This document shows positions 17,262 to 26,695 of a stretch of 60,664 bases of DNA, in pieces; position 1 is the stretch's first letter, and each line of letters opens with the position of its first letter. The DNA is from an uncultured Lachnospiraceae bacterium. Lineage in GTDB: Bacteria > Bacillota > Clostridia > Oscillospirales > CAG-272. The notes beneath the pieces are model-generated. The model worked only from the letters and a program-made list of their open reading frames with translations. It made no database searches and was not told the origin of the DNA. The DNA lies in contig CAZMTU010000003.1 of the NCBI GenBank assembly GCA_964569225.1, forward strand, positions 1 through 60,664, given 5' to 3'. The translations under genes were made by a program, and so were the position numbers.

Positions 17262-17681
17262 ATGAAGCTGCTGATTATTAACGGTCCAAACCTAAACCTG
17301 TTAGGACTCAGGGAACCCACTATTTACGGTACGCAGAATTATGCCGCGCTGGTGGATTATTTGAACCGGTCTGCCGATGAACTTGGCCATACCATCGAAA
17401 TCTTTCAATCAAACCATGAAGGCATGATCGTAGATAAAATTCAGGCGGCCTACGGTGTTTTTGACGGTATTATTATTAATCCCGCCGCCTATACCCACAC
17501 CAGTGTGGCAATCTTAGACGCGCTGAAGGCCGTAGCTATCCCCACGGTGGAAGTACATCTTTCGGATATTTCCGTTCGAGAAGCCTTCCGTCAATTTTCT
17601 TATGTATCGCTTGCCGCTGTAAAAACCATCTGCGGCAAAGGATTTGCCGGCTATCGGGAAGCTATGATGTATTTTAAATAA
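17262..17681 (+). CDS. aroQ: Type II 3-dehydroquinate dehydratase
   Basis: Start at MKLLIINGPNLNLLG.REP.IYG, with GGAGG 7 nt upstream. Motifs SNHEG and NPAAYTHTS. Confidence 0.92.
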   Translation: MKLLIINGPNLNLLGLREPTIYGTQNYAALVDYLNRSADELGHTIEIFQSNHEGMIVDKIQAAYGVFDGIIINPAAYTHTSVAILDALKAVAIPTVEVHLSDISVREAFRQFSYVSLAAVKTICGKGFAGYREAMMYFK

Positions 17682-17739
17682 ACTTTGTAAGAGAGTTTCC
17701 GGTAAATTCTACGCAATAAAGCTTATGGGTAATAAAGAA

Positions 17740-17765
17740 AGAGTTCGGTGTTAAACCGAACTCTC
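17740..17765. repeat. Copy 1 of a 26-bp direct repeat containing a hairpin (AGAGTTCGG tgttaaa CCGAACTCT)
   Basis: Identical 26/26 to 17914-17939. It is preceded by the A-rich AATAAAGAA, so it reads as a terminator on the minus strand. Confidence 0.85.
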
Positions 17766-17807
17766 AGACTGAAGATAAAACCCCATTGGGGCTTTGCCCC
17801 AAACCCT

Positions 17808-17839
17808 ATTTAGGGGACTTTTTAAAAAGTCCCCTAAAT
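17808..17839. repeat. Perfect 32-nt palindrome ATTTAGGGGACTTTTT/AAAAAGTCCCCTAAAT
   Basis: Read directly from the sequence. It lies inside the 148-nt segment bounded by the 26-bp direct repeats. Confidence 0.85.
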
Positions 17840-17913
17840 ACCTTCAAAAACATTTAAGTAATTGGCATGTTTCTATGTTTTAAATTTTAAAACTTCAATT
17901 TTTCTACACGCAG

Positions 17914-17939
17914 AGAGTTCGGTGTTAAACCGAACTCTC
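17914..17939. repeat. Copy 2 of the 26-bp direct repeat/hairpin
   Basis: Identical to 17740-17765. It is followed by TCTTTATTAATTTT, so it reads as a terminator on the plus strand. Confidence 0.85.
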
Positions 17940-17974
17940 TCTTTATTAATTTTGAGTATCATTCCATTCGCGAT

Positions 17975-20629
17975 TTAGTGTACGCCATAAATAGCTGTGG
18001 ATATTTCAAAGCTTGACGGATAAGTGAGATCAGGAGGCGTATTGCCGGTTGTCACCAGCGTTCCGTCCGACAAAAGCGCAGTAACCGATTGACTGCCGGC
18101 GCTTACCCAAATGACATTTGTCATTCCGGATACATCGCCGTTTGTCTGATCACCGCTTGCCAGCAGCACTGTTCCGTCTGACGTTAACCCTACCGTACAG
18201 CTTTCACCGGCTGAAATCTGGATCACATTCTGCCATTCATCCACATCACAGCGTCCGGTATTGGAACTGCCGGCTGCCACTACGGTTCCGTCTGCCTTCA
18301 ATCCTACACTGTGAAGGAAACCGGCGGAAATCATTACGATATCCTCCCACCCGGTGGTATTGCACTGACCGCTGGTACTCATACCTGTTGCGCAGACAGT
18401 TCCATCCTCCAACAAAACCAGTGTGTGATAACCGCCTGCCGCTATGGCTACCACATGAGAGAACTGCCCCACATCGCACTGCTTTTCAGAGCTTCGCCCC
18501 GCAGCAACCACAGAACCGTCTGATTTCAGCCCTACCGTATGATAGTCGCTAGCATCAATAGCAACAATATCCTTCCAATCCGATACTTCACACTGTCCGT
18601 AAGAATTATCGCCGAACGCTAATACTGTACCGTCATTCAGAAGAATAACAGTGGTCAGCTTGCTGCACTTCACGGATACTACCGCTTTGTTGATTCCGGC
18701 AGCATAATAGGCTTTGTCACCGTCAAAGAAAGCATTTCCATATACATCAATCACGCTTACAAACTTGTCGGAATCCATTACACTGGCATGAATTGCCTGT
18801 TTATCCGCAAAAGAAAGATAGGAAAAGAAGGTAGGTAAATGCTTTTTAATAGAGGGCTTTGTAAACTGAGCAAGCAGCACATTGATAGCATCCTCATTGC
18901 CGCTCATGCCTACATAATCAGCGGCACGGTCATAGTTTTGCTGACTGATATAGTAGGTCACAGCCGCTTCCGCGGAGGAAGCAATCAGCGCCTGATCATT
19001 TATTCCCTTGGCCATAGCGATCGCCTTGTCAAAATCATACTTGGCGGTATAATAAGCAATAGCGGTTCGGGTAATCTGATCGGGCGTAGTGGCGGTTTGA
19101 TAGGTAGTGGCAGTCTGAATAGCCATATCAAAATCGTTTGCTTTCAGCTGATTTTGAACCAGTCCTTCGGCAGCCTCTGCCTTTTTAACACTCCGATCAC
19201 TTTCGGACAGCTTATCGGCATATTGAATTGCACCGGCATAATCGCCCTTTTCCAGCGCTTCCGTATAGAGCTGGAGGTAAAGCGACGCGATCTGCTCACT
19301 GTCATTTAACTCCTCGGCATATTTCAGCGCTTTAGAAAGATTGGGATTTGTGACCGTATAATACTGAAGCGCCGCGTTCAGCACCTCATTGATCAGTTCG
19401 TCACCGCATTCGCTCATTCTGGCAAAGCCCAGCGCATTATCAAAATCGTTTTGCTCAAGATAGGTACGAACAATCTTTTCGCTTTCGTTTCCCTGCGGTA
19501 CCTGCGTTGTAGTCGGCGATTCGGTTTCAACAGGTCCGGTCGTCTGAGCCGGCGTATTGCTGCGGGCAACTAACGTGATAATCAGCAATGTAACAATTAC
19601 GATAAGCAGCAACGCACTGGCAGCAATTGCGGAAATCAGCCCTATTTTCAGCTTATCGGGCTTTTTCGCAACAGCCGCGGGCGGAATTTTCTCAGTCGGC
19701 TCGTCGATCGCTTTGTCTTCACTATCCTTATTTTCGGAAGTGCTTTCAGAAATAGATTCAACAGCTTCTGAGCCGTACGCTGCTGATGCGCCAGCGGAAA
19801 ATACACCGGTGTGATATTCAGTAGTCGCCTCGGTTGCCGGCGATCCGATATCTACACCGCTATCGGCAGATACAGCCGGATCGGTACCGCTTACGCTGTC
19901 GGCATTAGGAAGTGCGTCAGCATCGCCGACAGTCTTAGCCAATTGGACCGTATTGGCAGCGGCCGCAGCGGAAACAGCGGAAGCCGCTGCCTTTGGCGCG
20001 AAAAAGCTGAACAGCTCCGATTTAGATGCGCCGCAGGTAGTACAATGATCCGATTCGCAAAACTCCCCGCAGGTACAGCGCCATATAATTTCTGTCAGCT
20101 CTTCCGGCTCATAAAGCGCAGTAGATCCAAAACGGCTGGAAATGGTCTCCATTTCCTTTTTATGCTTTTTCTGAAGCGGAACCGCATCACCCGGCAGATC
20201 AAAGAAATCCCCTCTCAAGTAATCGGTAACTGTTCCATCTGTAAAACGGATCCGGCTGATGTAAAGCTCAAGATTCTCCACCCGCAGTCCGCTTTCACAG
20301 TCAGGTGTAAGCCGAAAAGTAATATGAGCGCCGCTTGCCAGCCCCTCTTCCCCAAACCGAAGCAGCTTAGCAAAATACTCATTTTTAGTACAGGGAATGA
20401 GCGTTCCCTGCGCGTCAAACAATCGAATAACAATAATTGCGGATTCGACTGTATCATCGGTCAGCCCGCCGCCGCCCATTTTTTCTACCGTCAGGCAGAT
20501 TTGCGCGCAACCGGCATCATAATTATATTCCAGATCGGTGTGGTCAATGGTCAGCGGACAGCGCAGCGAAACACGCTTACATTTTGTCAGCTTGACCTTT
20601 ATTCCCTTTTGTTTTTTGGAATCTTTCAT
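17975..20629 (-). CDS. Single-pass membrane protein: cytoplasmic zinc-ribbon region, helical repeat region, C-terminal RCC1-like beta-propeller repeats
   Basis: Start moved to the second ATG, because AGGAG abuts the first one. Features are WRCTCGEFCESDHCTTCG, the TM helix LISAIAASALLLIVIVTLLIITLVA, and about seven repeats of the type DGTV.A.G.....GQC.V..W..I..I.AG..H. Confidence 0.75.
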   Translation of the reverse strand: MKDSKKQKGIKVKLTKCKRVSLRCPLTIDHTDLEYNYDAGCAQICLTVEKMGGGGLTDDTVESAIIVIRLFDAQGTLIPCTKNEYFAKLLRFGEEGLASGAHITFRLTPDCESGLRVENLELYISRIRFTDGTVTDYLRGDFFDLPGDAVPLQKKHKKEMETISSRFGSTALYEPEELTEIIWRCTCGEFCESDHCTTCGASKSELFSFFAPKAAASAVSAAAAANTVQLAKTVGDADALPNADSVSGTDPAVSADSGVDIGSPATEATTEYHTGVFSAGASAAYGSEAVESISESTSENKDSEDKAIDEPTEKIPPAAVAKKPDKLKIGLISAIAASALLLIVIVTLLIITLVARSNTPAQTTGPVETESPTTTQVPQGNESEKIVRTYLEQNDFDNALGFARMSECGDELINEVLNAALQYYTVTNPNLSKALKYAEELNDSEQIASLYLQLYTEALEKGDYAGAIQYADKLSESDRSVKKAEAAEGLVQNQLKANDFDMAIQTATTYQTATTPDQITRTAIAYYTAKYDFDKAIAMAKGINDQALIASSAEAAVTYYISQQNYDRAADYVGMSGNEDAINVLLAQFTKPSIKKHLPTFFSYLSFADKQAIHASVMDSDKFVSVIDVYGNAFFDGDKAYYAAGINKAVVSVKCSKLTTVILLNDGTVLAFGDNSYGQCEVSDWKDIVAIDASDYHTVGLKSDGSVVAAGRSSEKQCDVGQFSHVVAIAAGGYHTLVLLEDGTVCATGMSTSGQCNTTGWEDIVMISAGFLHSVGLKADGTVVAAGSSNTGRCDVDEWQNVIQISAGESCTVGLTSDGTVLLASGDQTNGDVSGMTNVIWVSAGSQSVTALLSDGTLVTTGNTPPDLTYPSSFEISTAIYGVH

Positions 20630-20679
20630 TTGATCCATCTCCTAATATTTTGCAGGATTGAAAGGCACATTCTGAATTT

Positions 20680-20708
20680 ATTGTATCGCAAAAGTTCCGT
20701 TTTGTCAA
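20680..20708 (-). promoter_or_regulatory. SigmaA promoter TTGACA-17-TACAAT for the RCC1-repeat gene
   Basis: On the minus strand the -35 lies at 20703-20708 and the -10 at 20680-20685. Confidence 0.6.
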
Positions 20709-20759
20709 GGAGTGCGGCGGGAGTTTACAGACTATTAGCGAAAAAGAAACAATTTCAGC

Positions 20760-21623
20760 CTATTTTCTATCTCCTTCGACAAGATCTGCCGTCCGATTTC
20801 GCGGAAAATCGCCCCAAAACAGATTCCGGGAGATTGGCTGTTTGCGGGCTTCGCGCTTCCACTTTGACTGTACCATACTTATTACCGGAGACGATTCAAA
20901 AGCATGTAACGCGCTTTGAGCCGTTCCGTGAACGACTGCACGGAACAATCCGTTTGCCGCAAACAATATTCGTCCGGCACGCTTTGGCTGATGACAGAGC
21001 CGCCAAAGCCATTCAATTCCCATATGCCGAAAGCAGACCGGCGCCCGTTTGACCTTTCCTGCCCACACATCCAGGCTGCCGCCAAGCGGGAGAAAAAGAT
21101 GAACACCCGGCAATCTATGACGGTTATCAAAAATCCAATTTTCCTGAGCAGGAGATCCAAGACATACCACCACTATTTCGGCGCCTGACGAATCAATCAA
21201 TCGGCAAAGCATCTCGTTTTCTTCTGCCTGAAAATATCCGTCCGCCCAGCCGGCAATTGATAACGCAGGATATTTATCATGCCATCGCAACGCCGCGCTT
21301 CGCGCAATTCCTGATCTTCCGCCTAAAAAAAATACCGACCGTGATTGACAGGCGGCTTCATAGAGCAGCGCCTCACCCAATTCAATTCCTGTGAGCCGTT
21401 TGACCGGCGGCTTACAGGAATAGCGCCGCCGAAGATTCAGCACACAGGCAGCACCCGCACCGTCACAAACAAACCACCGGCAAGCCATGATCCTCTTGAA
21501 AAAATCAGGCGAGCGATCGGTTCTGGCTATTAATTCAGCATTCAAGGAAATCACGCAGTCCCCGGAACGGGCGGCGGATAGCAGCAGACGGGCGGCAGTG
21601 TCGGCAGGTAGGTCTATCAGCAT
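20760..21623 (-). CDS. WecB/TagA/CpsF family glycosyltransferase
   Basis: 287 aa with AAGGAG 8 nt upstream. Motifs VFFLGG, VVVCLGSPAQE.W and G.EWLWRL are typical of TagA-like enzymes. Confidence 0.8.
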   Translation of the reverse strand: MLIDLPADTAARLLLSAARSGDCVISLNAELIARTDRSPDFFKRIMACRWFVCDGAGAACVLNLRRRYSCKPPVKRLTGIELGEALLYEAACQSRSVFFLGGRSGIARSAALRWHDKYPALSIAGWADGYFQAEENEMLCRLIDSSGAEIVVVCLGSPAQENWIFDNRHRLPGVHLFLPLGGSLDVWAGKVKRAPVCFRHMGIEWLWRLCHQPKRAGRILFAANGLFRAVVHGTAQSALHAFESSPVISMVQSKWKREARKQPISRNLFWGDFPRNRTADLVEGDRK

Positions 21624-21773
21624 AAGATCGGCTCCTTACAAAACGTAAAAGCGCACATCGAAGAAACAGTCCTAATGACTATATGCCAAAAAGCGGCTTC
21701 CTATGCCCCATGCGCTATGTAAACAGATAATCATTGAGTCTTTTGACTTCTCACCTCTACTGAGTTTTAACAT

Positions 21774-22214
21774 TTATCGTTTAAATCGGTCTGCTTCCGC
21801 GGTTGCCAGCTTATCGCATCGTTCATTATAGGGATGACCGGCATGTCCTTTTACCCAGCAATATTCGATTTTGTGGGGCGCGACCGCTTCAAGCAGACGC
21901 TGCCATAAGCCGGGATTGAGTGCGGGAGACCCATTCGATTTCTTCCAACCCTTTTTTTGCCAACTTATCGCCCAGCCTTTCGAAAGTCCGTCGATTACAT
22001 ATTTCGAATCGGAGGTAAATATCACCTGACAGGGTTCCCGAAGCGCTTCAAAAGCGCTGATAGCACCCATTAATTCCATCTGATTGTTGGTAGTCTGAGC
22101 GTCTCCCCCAGATAGTTCCTTTTCCTTTCCTTTATATACTAATATAGCGCCCCAACCGCCAGGCCCCGGATTGCCCCTGCAAGCGCCATCGGTATAAATT
22201 TCTACTTGTTTCAT
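21774..22214 (-). CDS. rnhA: Ribonuclease HI
   Basis: Start at MKQVEIYTDGACRGNPGPGGWG. Motifs TNN.MEL, TDS.Y and W.KGHAGH..NE..D.LA. Confidence 0.9.
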   Translation of the reverse strand: MKQVEIYTDGACRGNPGPGGWGAILVYKGKEKELSGGDAQTTNNQMELMGAISAFEALREPCQVIFTSDSKYVIDGLSKGWAISWQKKGWKKSNGSPALNPGLWQRLLEAVAPHKIEYCWVKGHAGHPYNERCDKLATAEADRFKR

Positions 22215-22497
22215 TAAATGCATCCCCTTCTTTAGCCGTAATTCTTTTAACATTTTATCCGGCTAAGCCTTTATAGAATTTGCTGCCGGTAAATACCGGC
22301 AGCAAATTCTCGCTAAAGACGCCGCTTATGAGCGCGCTTTCCTCATATGCTTTTATATATATCTATAACAAAAGCTTTGAAAAATCGCGCGCTTTGCTTG
22401 TTTTTTAATGCAAGGCGCTGTTTTATAATAGCGCCTTGTTGTTCAAACTTTCTTTCTGCTTCTTTATTATATCATAAAAGAAAACATTTCGCAAGCG

Positions 22498-23622
22498 CTA
22501 TTTCAGTTTTAGTTCTTCTGCCCGATCAGCCGTAATTCCGCCGATATTAAAAACCGAATCGCCATAATATAATTCATTTATTTCTCCCTCTGAGGTAAAC
22601 ACCCGGTGAGGATCAAAATGCGCCTCGTCAATACCGCTTTGAAAAGGAAGATATTCAGAAAGCAGTTCAATGGTATAGCTTCGGCAAAGCACCTCACAGA
22701 GCGCGCCGTTTTCATCCTTTGCCGACTGACCTTTGAGCGTAACCATTTTTACATCCGATTCGGATATGCCAAGCAATCCCTTCATCAGCGGAATCAGGTC
22801 CGGCAGCGTCAGATCGCTGACGGTATTGCTCAATCCCGCCTTTAACAGTCCCAAAGCGGTTGAAATCGAAAATTCACTTTTTATTTTGTGAAAAAAAGCG
22901 GACAAAAATATTTTCTGTGCGTCCATCCGCCCGTAATCCGCAGTGAGATATCCGCTTCGGAAACGAACAAACTGCTCTGCCGCTTCCCCATTCAGCAGCT
23001 GTTCACCCGCTGTCAGGTGAATATGAAGATTTTGGCTTTCATCGTCATAATCAATATTCTGGGGAACCTTCACCTGTACGCCGCCAACGGCATCTACGAT
23101 GGTTCGCAAGCCTGCCGTACTGACCGAAACATAGTGATCAATAGAGATCCCCATGTTTTCCTTCAAGAAGCCCTTGAGCGCAATATTTCCTTTTCGCGCG
23201 GCTTCCTCTTCGTTATCGCCGCGCCCGCGCGCCTGTGCCGCCGCTGCCGCATAAATGGCATTGATTTTGTGAGAGGTACTTCCTTCCCGCTGAACATAGG
23301 TATCTCTGGGAATCTGTACTACCCGCACACTTCCGTTTTCCAAATCCATCGCCACCAGCATAATCACGTCTGTTCCGCCCCATGCATCGTCCACGCCGGT
23401 CAGCAGAACGGTCATTTGTTTCTCATTTGCCTTGGATAAAAAGGTCTGTCCCGCTTCACCAACCGAGCGAAGCGCATTCGCCGCCTGTCCCCCCGCGGCA
23501 GCCAACAAATTATTCTCTTTCTGTACCCAATTGTTTATTTTCGTCCCTATATGCATCGCGGCAGCGCCTGTTGCAATCAGCAATGCCGCGCAAAAGAGCC
23601 ATTTTGCAGCCTTTTTTAACAT
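22498..23622 (-). CDS. LCP (LytR-CpsA-Psr) family cell-envelope phosphotransferase
   Basis: N-terminal TM helix. Motifs LLTGVD....GTDVIMLV....N....VQIPRDTYV and INAIYA. Confidence 0.85.
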   Translation of the reverse strand: MLKKAAKWLFCAALLIATGAAAMHIGTKINNWVQKENNLLAAAGGQAANALRSVGEAGQTFLSKANEKQMTVLLTGVDDAWGGTDVIMLVAMDLENGSVRVVQIPRDTYVQREGSTSHKINAIYAAAAAQARGRGDNEEEAARKGNIALKGFLKENMGISIDHYVSVSTAGLRTIVDAVGGVQVKVPQNIDYDDESQNLHIHLTAGEQLLNGEAAEQFVRFRSGYLTADYGRMDAQKIFLSAFFHKIKSEFSISTALGLLKAGLSNTVSDLTLPDLIPLMKGLLGISESDVKMVTLKGQSAKDENGALCEVLCRSYTIELLSEYLPFQSGIDEAHFDPHRVFTSEGEINELYYGDSVFNIGGITADRAEELKLK

Positions 23623-23938
23623 ATAATCCCCCGTTTCTTTGGTTTCTCGTCCTTATTGTGCCAGAACCTGTTCAATTGATACATAAAATAAAGACTGGAA
23701 ATTTTTTTCTTAAAATATTTCGCGAGATTGGAACGAAAGCCTGTCAAACTCAGTATCGCCTTTTCAGCAAATTCGTTAATTTAATTTTTTTAAATAAATA
23801 ACCGCAGAATGAAACGAGGTACGCCCTAAAAGAAATAGATTAACTCTCTTCTTTCAGAGCGTACCTCATAAGGTAGGTATTCCGCAGTTTATACTTACAG
23901 GGATATAAAATTATTTTTAAAAAGCTGCCCGCATACCT

Positions 23939-24667
23939 CTAAACTTTCCCCGCAATTTCTTCCCGCAAACGGGAGATAATGCGCTTTTCCAAACGGGATA
24001 TGTAGGACTGGGAAATCCCCAGCCGGGCAGCGACTTCTTTTTGCGTCTGCTCTCTGCCTCCCCGCAAGCCGAACCGCAATTCAATGATTTCCCGTTCTCT
24101 GCCCGAAAGCTGCGCCAGCGCGGCATGGATGGTACGGCGATCCTCTTCAGTTTCAATGGCCCGGCAAACCGAATCATCCTCGTCAGAAAGAATATCTGAG
24201 AGCAGCAGCTCATTGCCATCCCAATCAATATGAAGCGGCTCGTCAATAGACAGTTCCTTCTGACCGGCGGTTTTCCGCAAATACATCAGGATCTCATTTT
24301 CTATACAGCGGGAAGCATAGGTTGCCAGCTTGATATTCTTGTCAGTTCGAAAGGTATTGACTGATTTAATCAATCCGATCGTTCCGATAGAAATCAGATC
24401 TTCGATCCCCACACCGGTATTTTCAAATTTTTTTGCAATGAACACCACTAACCGTAAATTTCGTTCGATCAGCGTCGAACGCAGCTCAGGCTGCTCATCC
24501 AGTCGGGCAAGCAGTTCGCTCTCCTCCTCCGGCGTCAGCGGTTTAGGCAGACTTTCAGTCCCGCCAATATAGTAAAGCGCATTATGAAGAGCGGCATTCC
24601 GGAAAAAAAGGCGGCGGAGCTTCTCTGCCAGACCGTCAAACAGCAATAAGACCCTGCATTTTAACAT
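23939..24667 (-). CDS. sigE: Sporulation sigma factor E precursor (pro-sigma-E)
   Basis: It tracks the B. subtilis SigE sequence as I recall it through several segments: [79 protein letters not shown] and [15 protein letters not shown]. Confidence 0.93.
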   Translation of the reverse strand: MLKCRVLLLFDGLAEKLRRLFFRNAALHNALYYIGGTESLPKPLTPEEESELLARLDEQPELRSTLIERNLRLVVFIAKKFENTGVGIEDLISIGTIGLIKSVNTFRTDKNIKLATYASRCIENEILMYLRKTAGQKELSIDEPLHIDWDGNELLLSDILSDEDDSVCRAIETEEDRRTIHAALAQLSGREREIIELRFGLRGGREQTQKEVAARLGISQSYISRLEKRIISRLREEIAGKV

Positions 24668-24680
24668 GGCAAAACACCTC

Positions 24681-25631
24681 TTACAATAAATTTGAAGGAA
24701 TTATGGCTGCATAGCCCGTATGGGAGACATCGGCCCTCCCAATGGCAACGCAGGCGTTTTTCGGCCGCCCCGCTACCAGTACCCGTCGGGGAACAAAACC
24801 GTAAAGAATGCCTTCTCCCGAAGCAGTCGTACAAGGAATCAACCGCAGCCGAACAGTAGAACAGCCCGCTCCATTCGGCGGTTTATCGGTGCATGCGGTA
24901 TTTGCAGGGTCCGTCCAGCCGACTGCTTTCTTCACGTCCGTCCGTTCAGCCGATGCGGAAGCGAATTTCTTATCAGACGGTCCATTGGGTGCTGCCAGCC
25001 AGCTCAGCTCCGCCGGCAAGAAAGCAGCCGCGCTTTCTCTGTCTACCACGATCACCGGCAATCCGCTAAGCGGCTCGGTCAGCAGATTTCCGCTGTCTAC
25101 CAACGCTTTCAGGCAGATCGATGTCTGTTCCTCAATGCAGATATCCACTGTTTGTACCGTCGGCTTTCGCCGCTTCAGCGCCCATGAAATCAGCGCCCCT
25201 GCCAGCAGCGCAAAGAGCAAAATCCCCCAGAAGGGCAAATCGCCCAAAAGCGGCTGTACTTTGCCGCCCACCGACACCTGCTTTTTTCCCCAAACACCTA
25301 CGCCATAACAAACCGCCGTCATAATACCGCCTAAAAGCAGGGAAATTGTCCAAAATGCCGCCAATCCTTTTAAAAATGCCCGCGCATTCTGCCAGCCAAG
25401 AGCGGCAAGGCAGATCAGACAAGGCATAAGCAGGGCGGAAATAAATGCCAACGGATTTCCGTCGGGCAGCAGCAATGCCCCCACTGAATAAACGGCGCCC
25501 AGTGCGCCTGCCGCTGCCAGCCGCAAGGGACGAACCGGCTGACGAAGCATCTTTGCAGTCAGAAACAGCGCCAGTGTATCCATCGTAAAGTTCACCGCAA
25601 AATACAGATCACCGTAAATCGCCTGCTCCAT
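24681..25631 (-). CDS. spoIIGA: Sigma-E processing peptidase SpoIIGA
   Basis: The ATG at 25631 follows GGGGAGGGA. The N-terminus is [24 protein letters not shown]. It is polytopic and contains DSGN. It sits 13 nt upstream of sigE. Confidence 0.88.
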   Translation of the reverse strand: MEQAIYGDLYFAVNFTMDTLALFLTAKMLRQPVRPLRLAAAGALGAVYSVGALLLPDGNPLAFISALLMPCLICLAALGWQNARAFLKGLAAFWTISLLLGGIMTAVCYGVGVWGKKQVSVGGKVQPLLGDLPFWGILLFALLAGALISWALKRRKPTVQTVDICIEEQTSICLKALVDSGNLLTEPLSGLPVIVVDRESAAAFLPAELSWLAAPNGPSDKKFASASAERTDVKKAVGWTDPANTACTDKPPNGAGCSTVRLRLIPCTTASGEGILYGFVPRRVLVAGRPKNACVAIGRADVSHTGYAAIIPSNLL

Positions 25632-25658
25632 GCCCGTCCCTCCCCTCACCATAGTCCC

Positions 25659-25691
25659 ATTATACGCTGCGAAGCGGCTAAAATATGTCGC
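25659..25691 (-). promoter_or_regulatory. Possible spoIIG-type promoter: TATAAT with a GCGACA element 21 nt upstream
   Basis: On the minus strand TATAAT lies at 25659-25664 and GCGACA at 25686-25691, the latter overlapping a TGTCGC 0A-box-like sequence. An AATCGAA element lies further upstream. The spacer is over-long for a standard promoter. Confidence 0.3.
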
Positions 25692-25881
25692 TATCTGAGG
25701 GGAAAAATTGAAATTTATTGTAATATCCTGAGACTTCGATTCAAGTTATTTGCCTAACGCGCTTTTTTCTTTAATCTACATGCAAACATTTGAAAAAGCA
25801 ATCAGCCGGGTAATCCAAGAAAGGATCCTCCGCCCCTTGTTTATCGATCAAGGTAATCGGAAACAAAAGAGATATCTCTAA

Positions 25882-26695
25882 TCAACTCCAAGCATTTATC
25901 TTGTATCGTAAATCGGGTAATCTCATAGATCGCCAGTACATAAAATCCATGACTAAGCCAAAAACATATCGGAACTCTCCCTCATTACTTTCATATACTT
26001 TGATCAGACTAAGTTGAAGCATTTCCTCCAGCGCGTTTTCGGTTTCATCCGCCGTCAGTCCGCAGCCCATTTTAATTTCAAAAAGACACAAAGCGGTATT
26101 ATTTACCAATGACGTCTGAACCGCATAGCGGTACTCAAATTCAAATACCTTGCGAAGCTGCTCGCCGGACAGTAGGTTTAGCGCCTTAGCGGTCCGCCGA
26201 ACGGTAAAAATCCTTTCACTGCCCGGAAGCTTGTAGGTACGATCAATAAAAATCAGTTCATTTGAAATAAACACCGCAGGTATTGGACACACAGCCTATC
26301 AGACGTCCCGTTTCTTTCAGCTTTTCCTTTCAGCGATCCGTTCTTCCGGTGTTAAAGGGCAATTTTTTCTGCACCGAACCTAAAGCTCATCACCCCCGGT
26401 GTACAACGTCATAGGCAAGATCAGGGACCTCATCAGGATCAATTTTAACCGCTTTTTTCAGACTCCAATCCATAGATCATTTCCAACGATATATCCAGCG
26501 CTTAAGCAATTTCGGTCAGCAGCAAAATATCGGGCATTGCGCTTCCTGTTTCACATAGTTAAGGATATATATTCCTATAGATGTGTCCCCCTGACTCCTG
26601 TTTTGAAACCGCCTGATTGCTGACGCCCAGCAGAACGCCTAACTCCTCCTGCGTCAGTTTTTTGCCTTCCGGTATTTGGCAATATTCCTACCTAT
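25882..26695 (-). pseudogene. Decayed XRE-family HTH regulator
   Basis: On the minus strand IGRNIAKYRKAKKLTQEELGVLLGVSNQAVSKQESGG is a classic XRE HTH. It has ATA where a start codon is expected, 13 nt after AGGGAG. It is then broken by a premature stop, a frameshift (MPDILLLTEIA), an in-frame TAA (..EIA*ALDISLEMIYGLE) and further stops. Only the last 136 codons (25882-26292) are open. Confidence 0.55.

Noticed and set aside
17740-17939. Could the repeated 26-mers be a minimal CRISPR array?
   Set aside because: There are only two copies. The repeat is itself a terminator hairpin with A/T flanks, the 'spacer' is 148 nt and palindromic, and no cas genes are present in the window.
19811-21052. 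413-aa plus-strand ORF spanning the RCC1-repeat gene start, its promoter and the tagA-like gene end
   Set aside because: It runs antisense to two well-supported genes and straight through their intergenic promoter. The product is Arg/Ser/Leu-rich with no motifs and no RBS. It is most likely a chance open frame.
22276-22311. Perfect 17-bp-stem palindrome AGAATTTGCTGCCGGTA/TACCGGCAGCAAATTCT between the LCP gene and rnhA as a terminator
   Set aside because: No U-tract follows on either strand. It may still be structural or a protein-binding site, but the sequence alone gives no support for a specific function.
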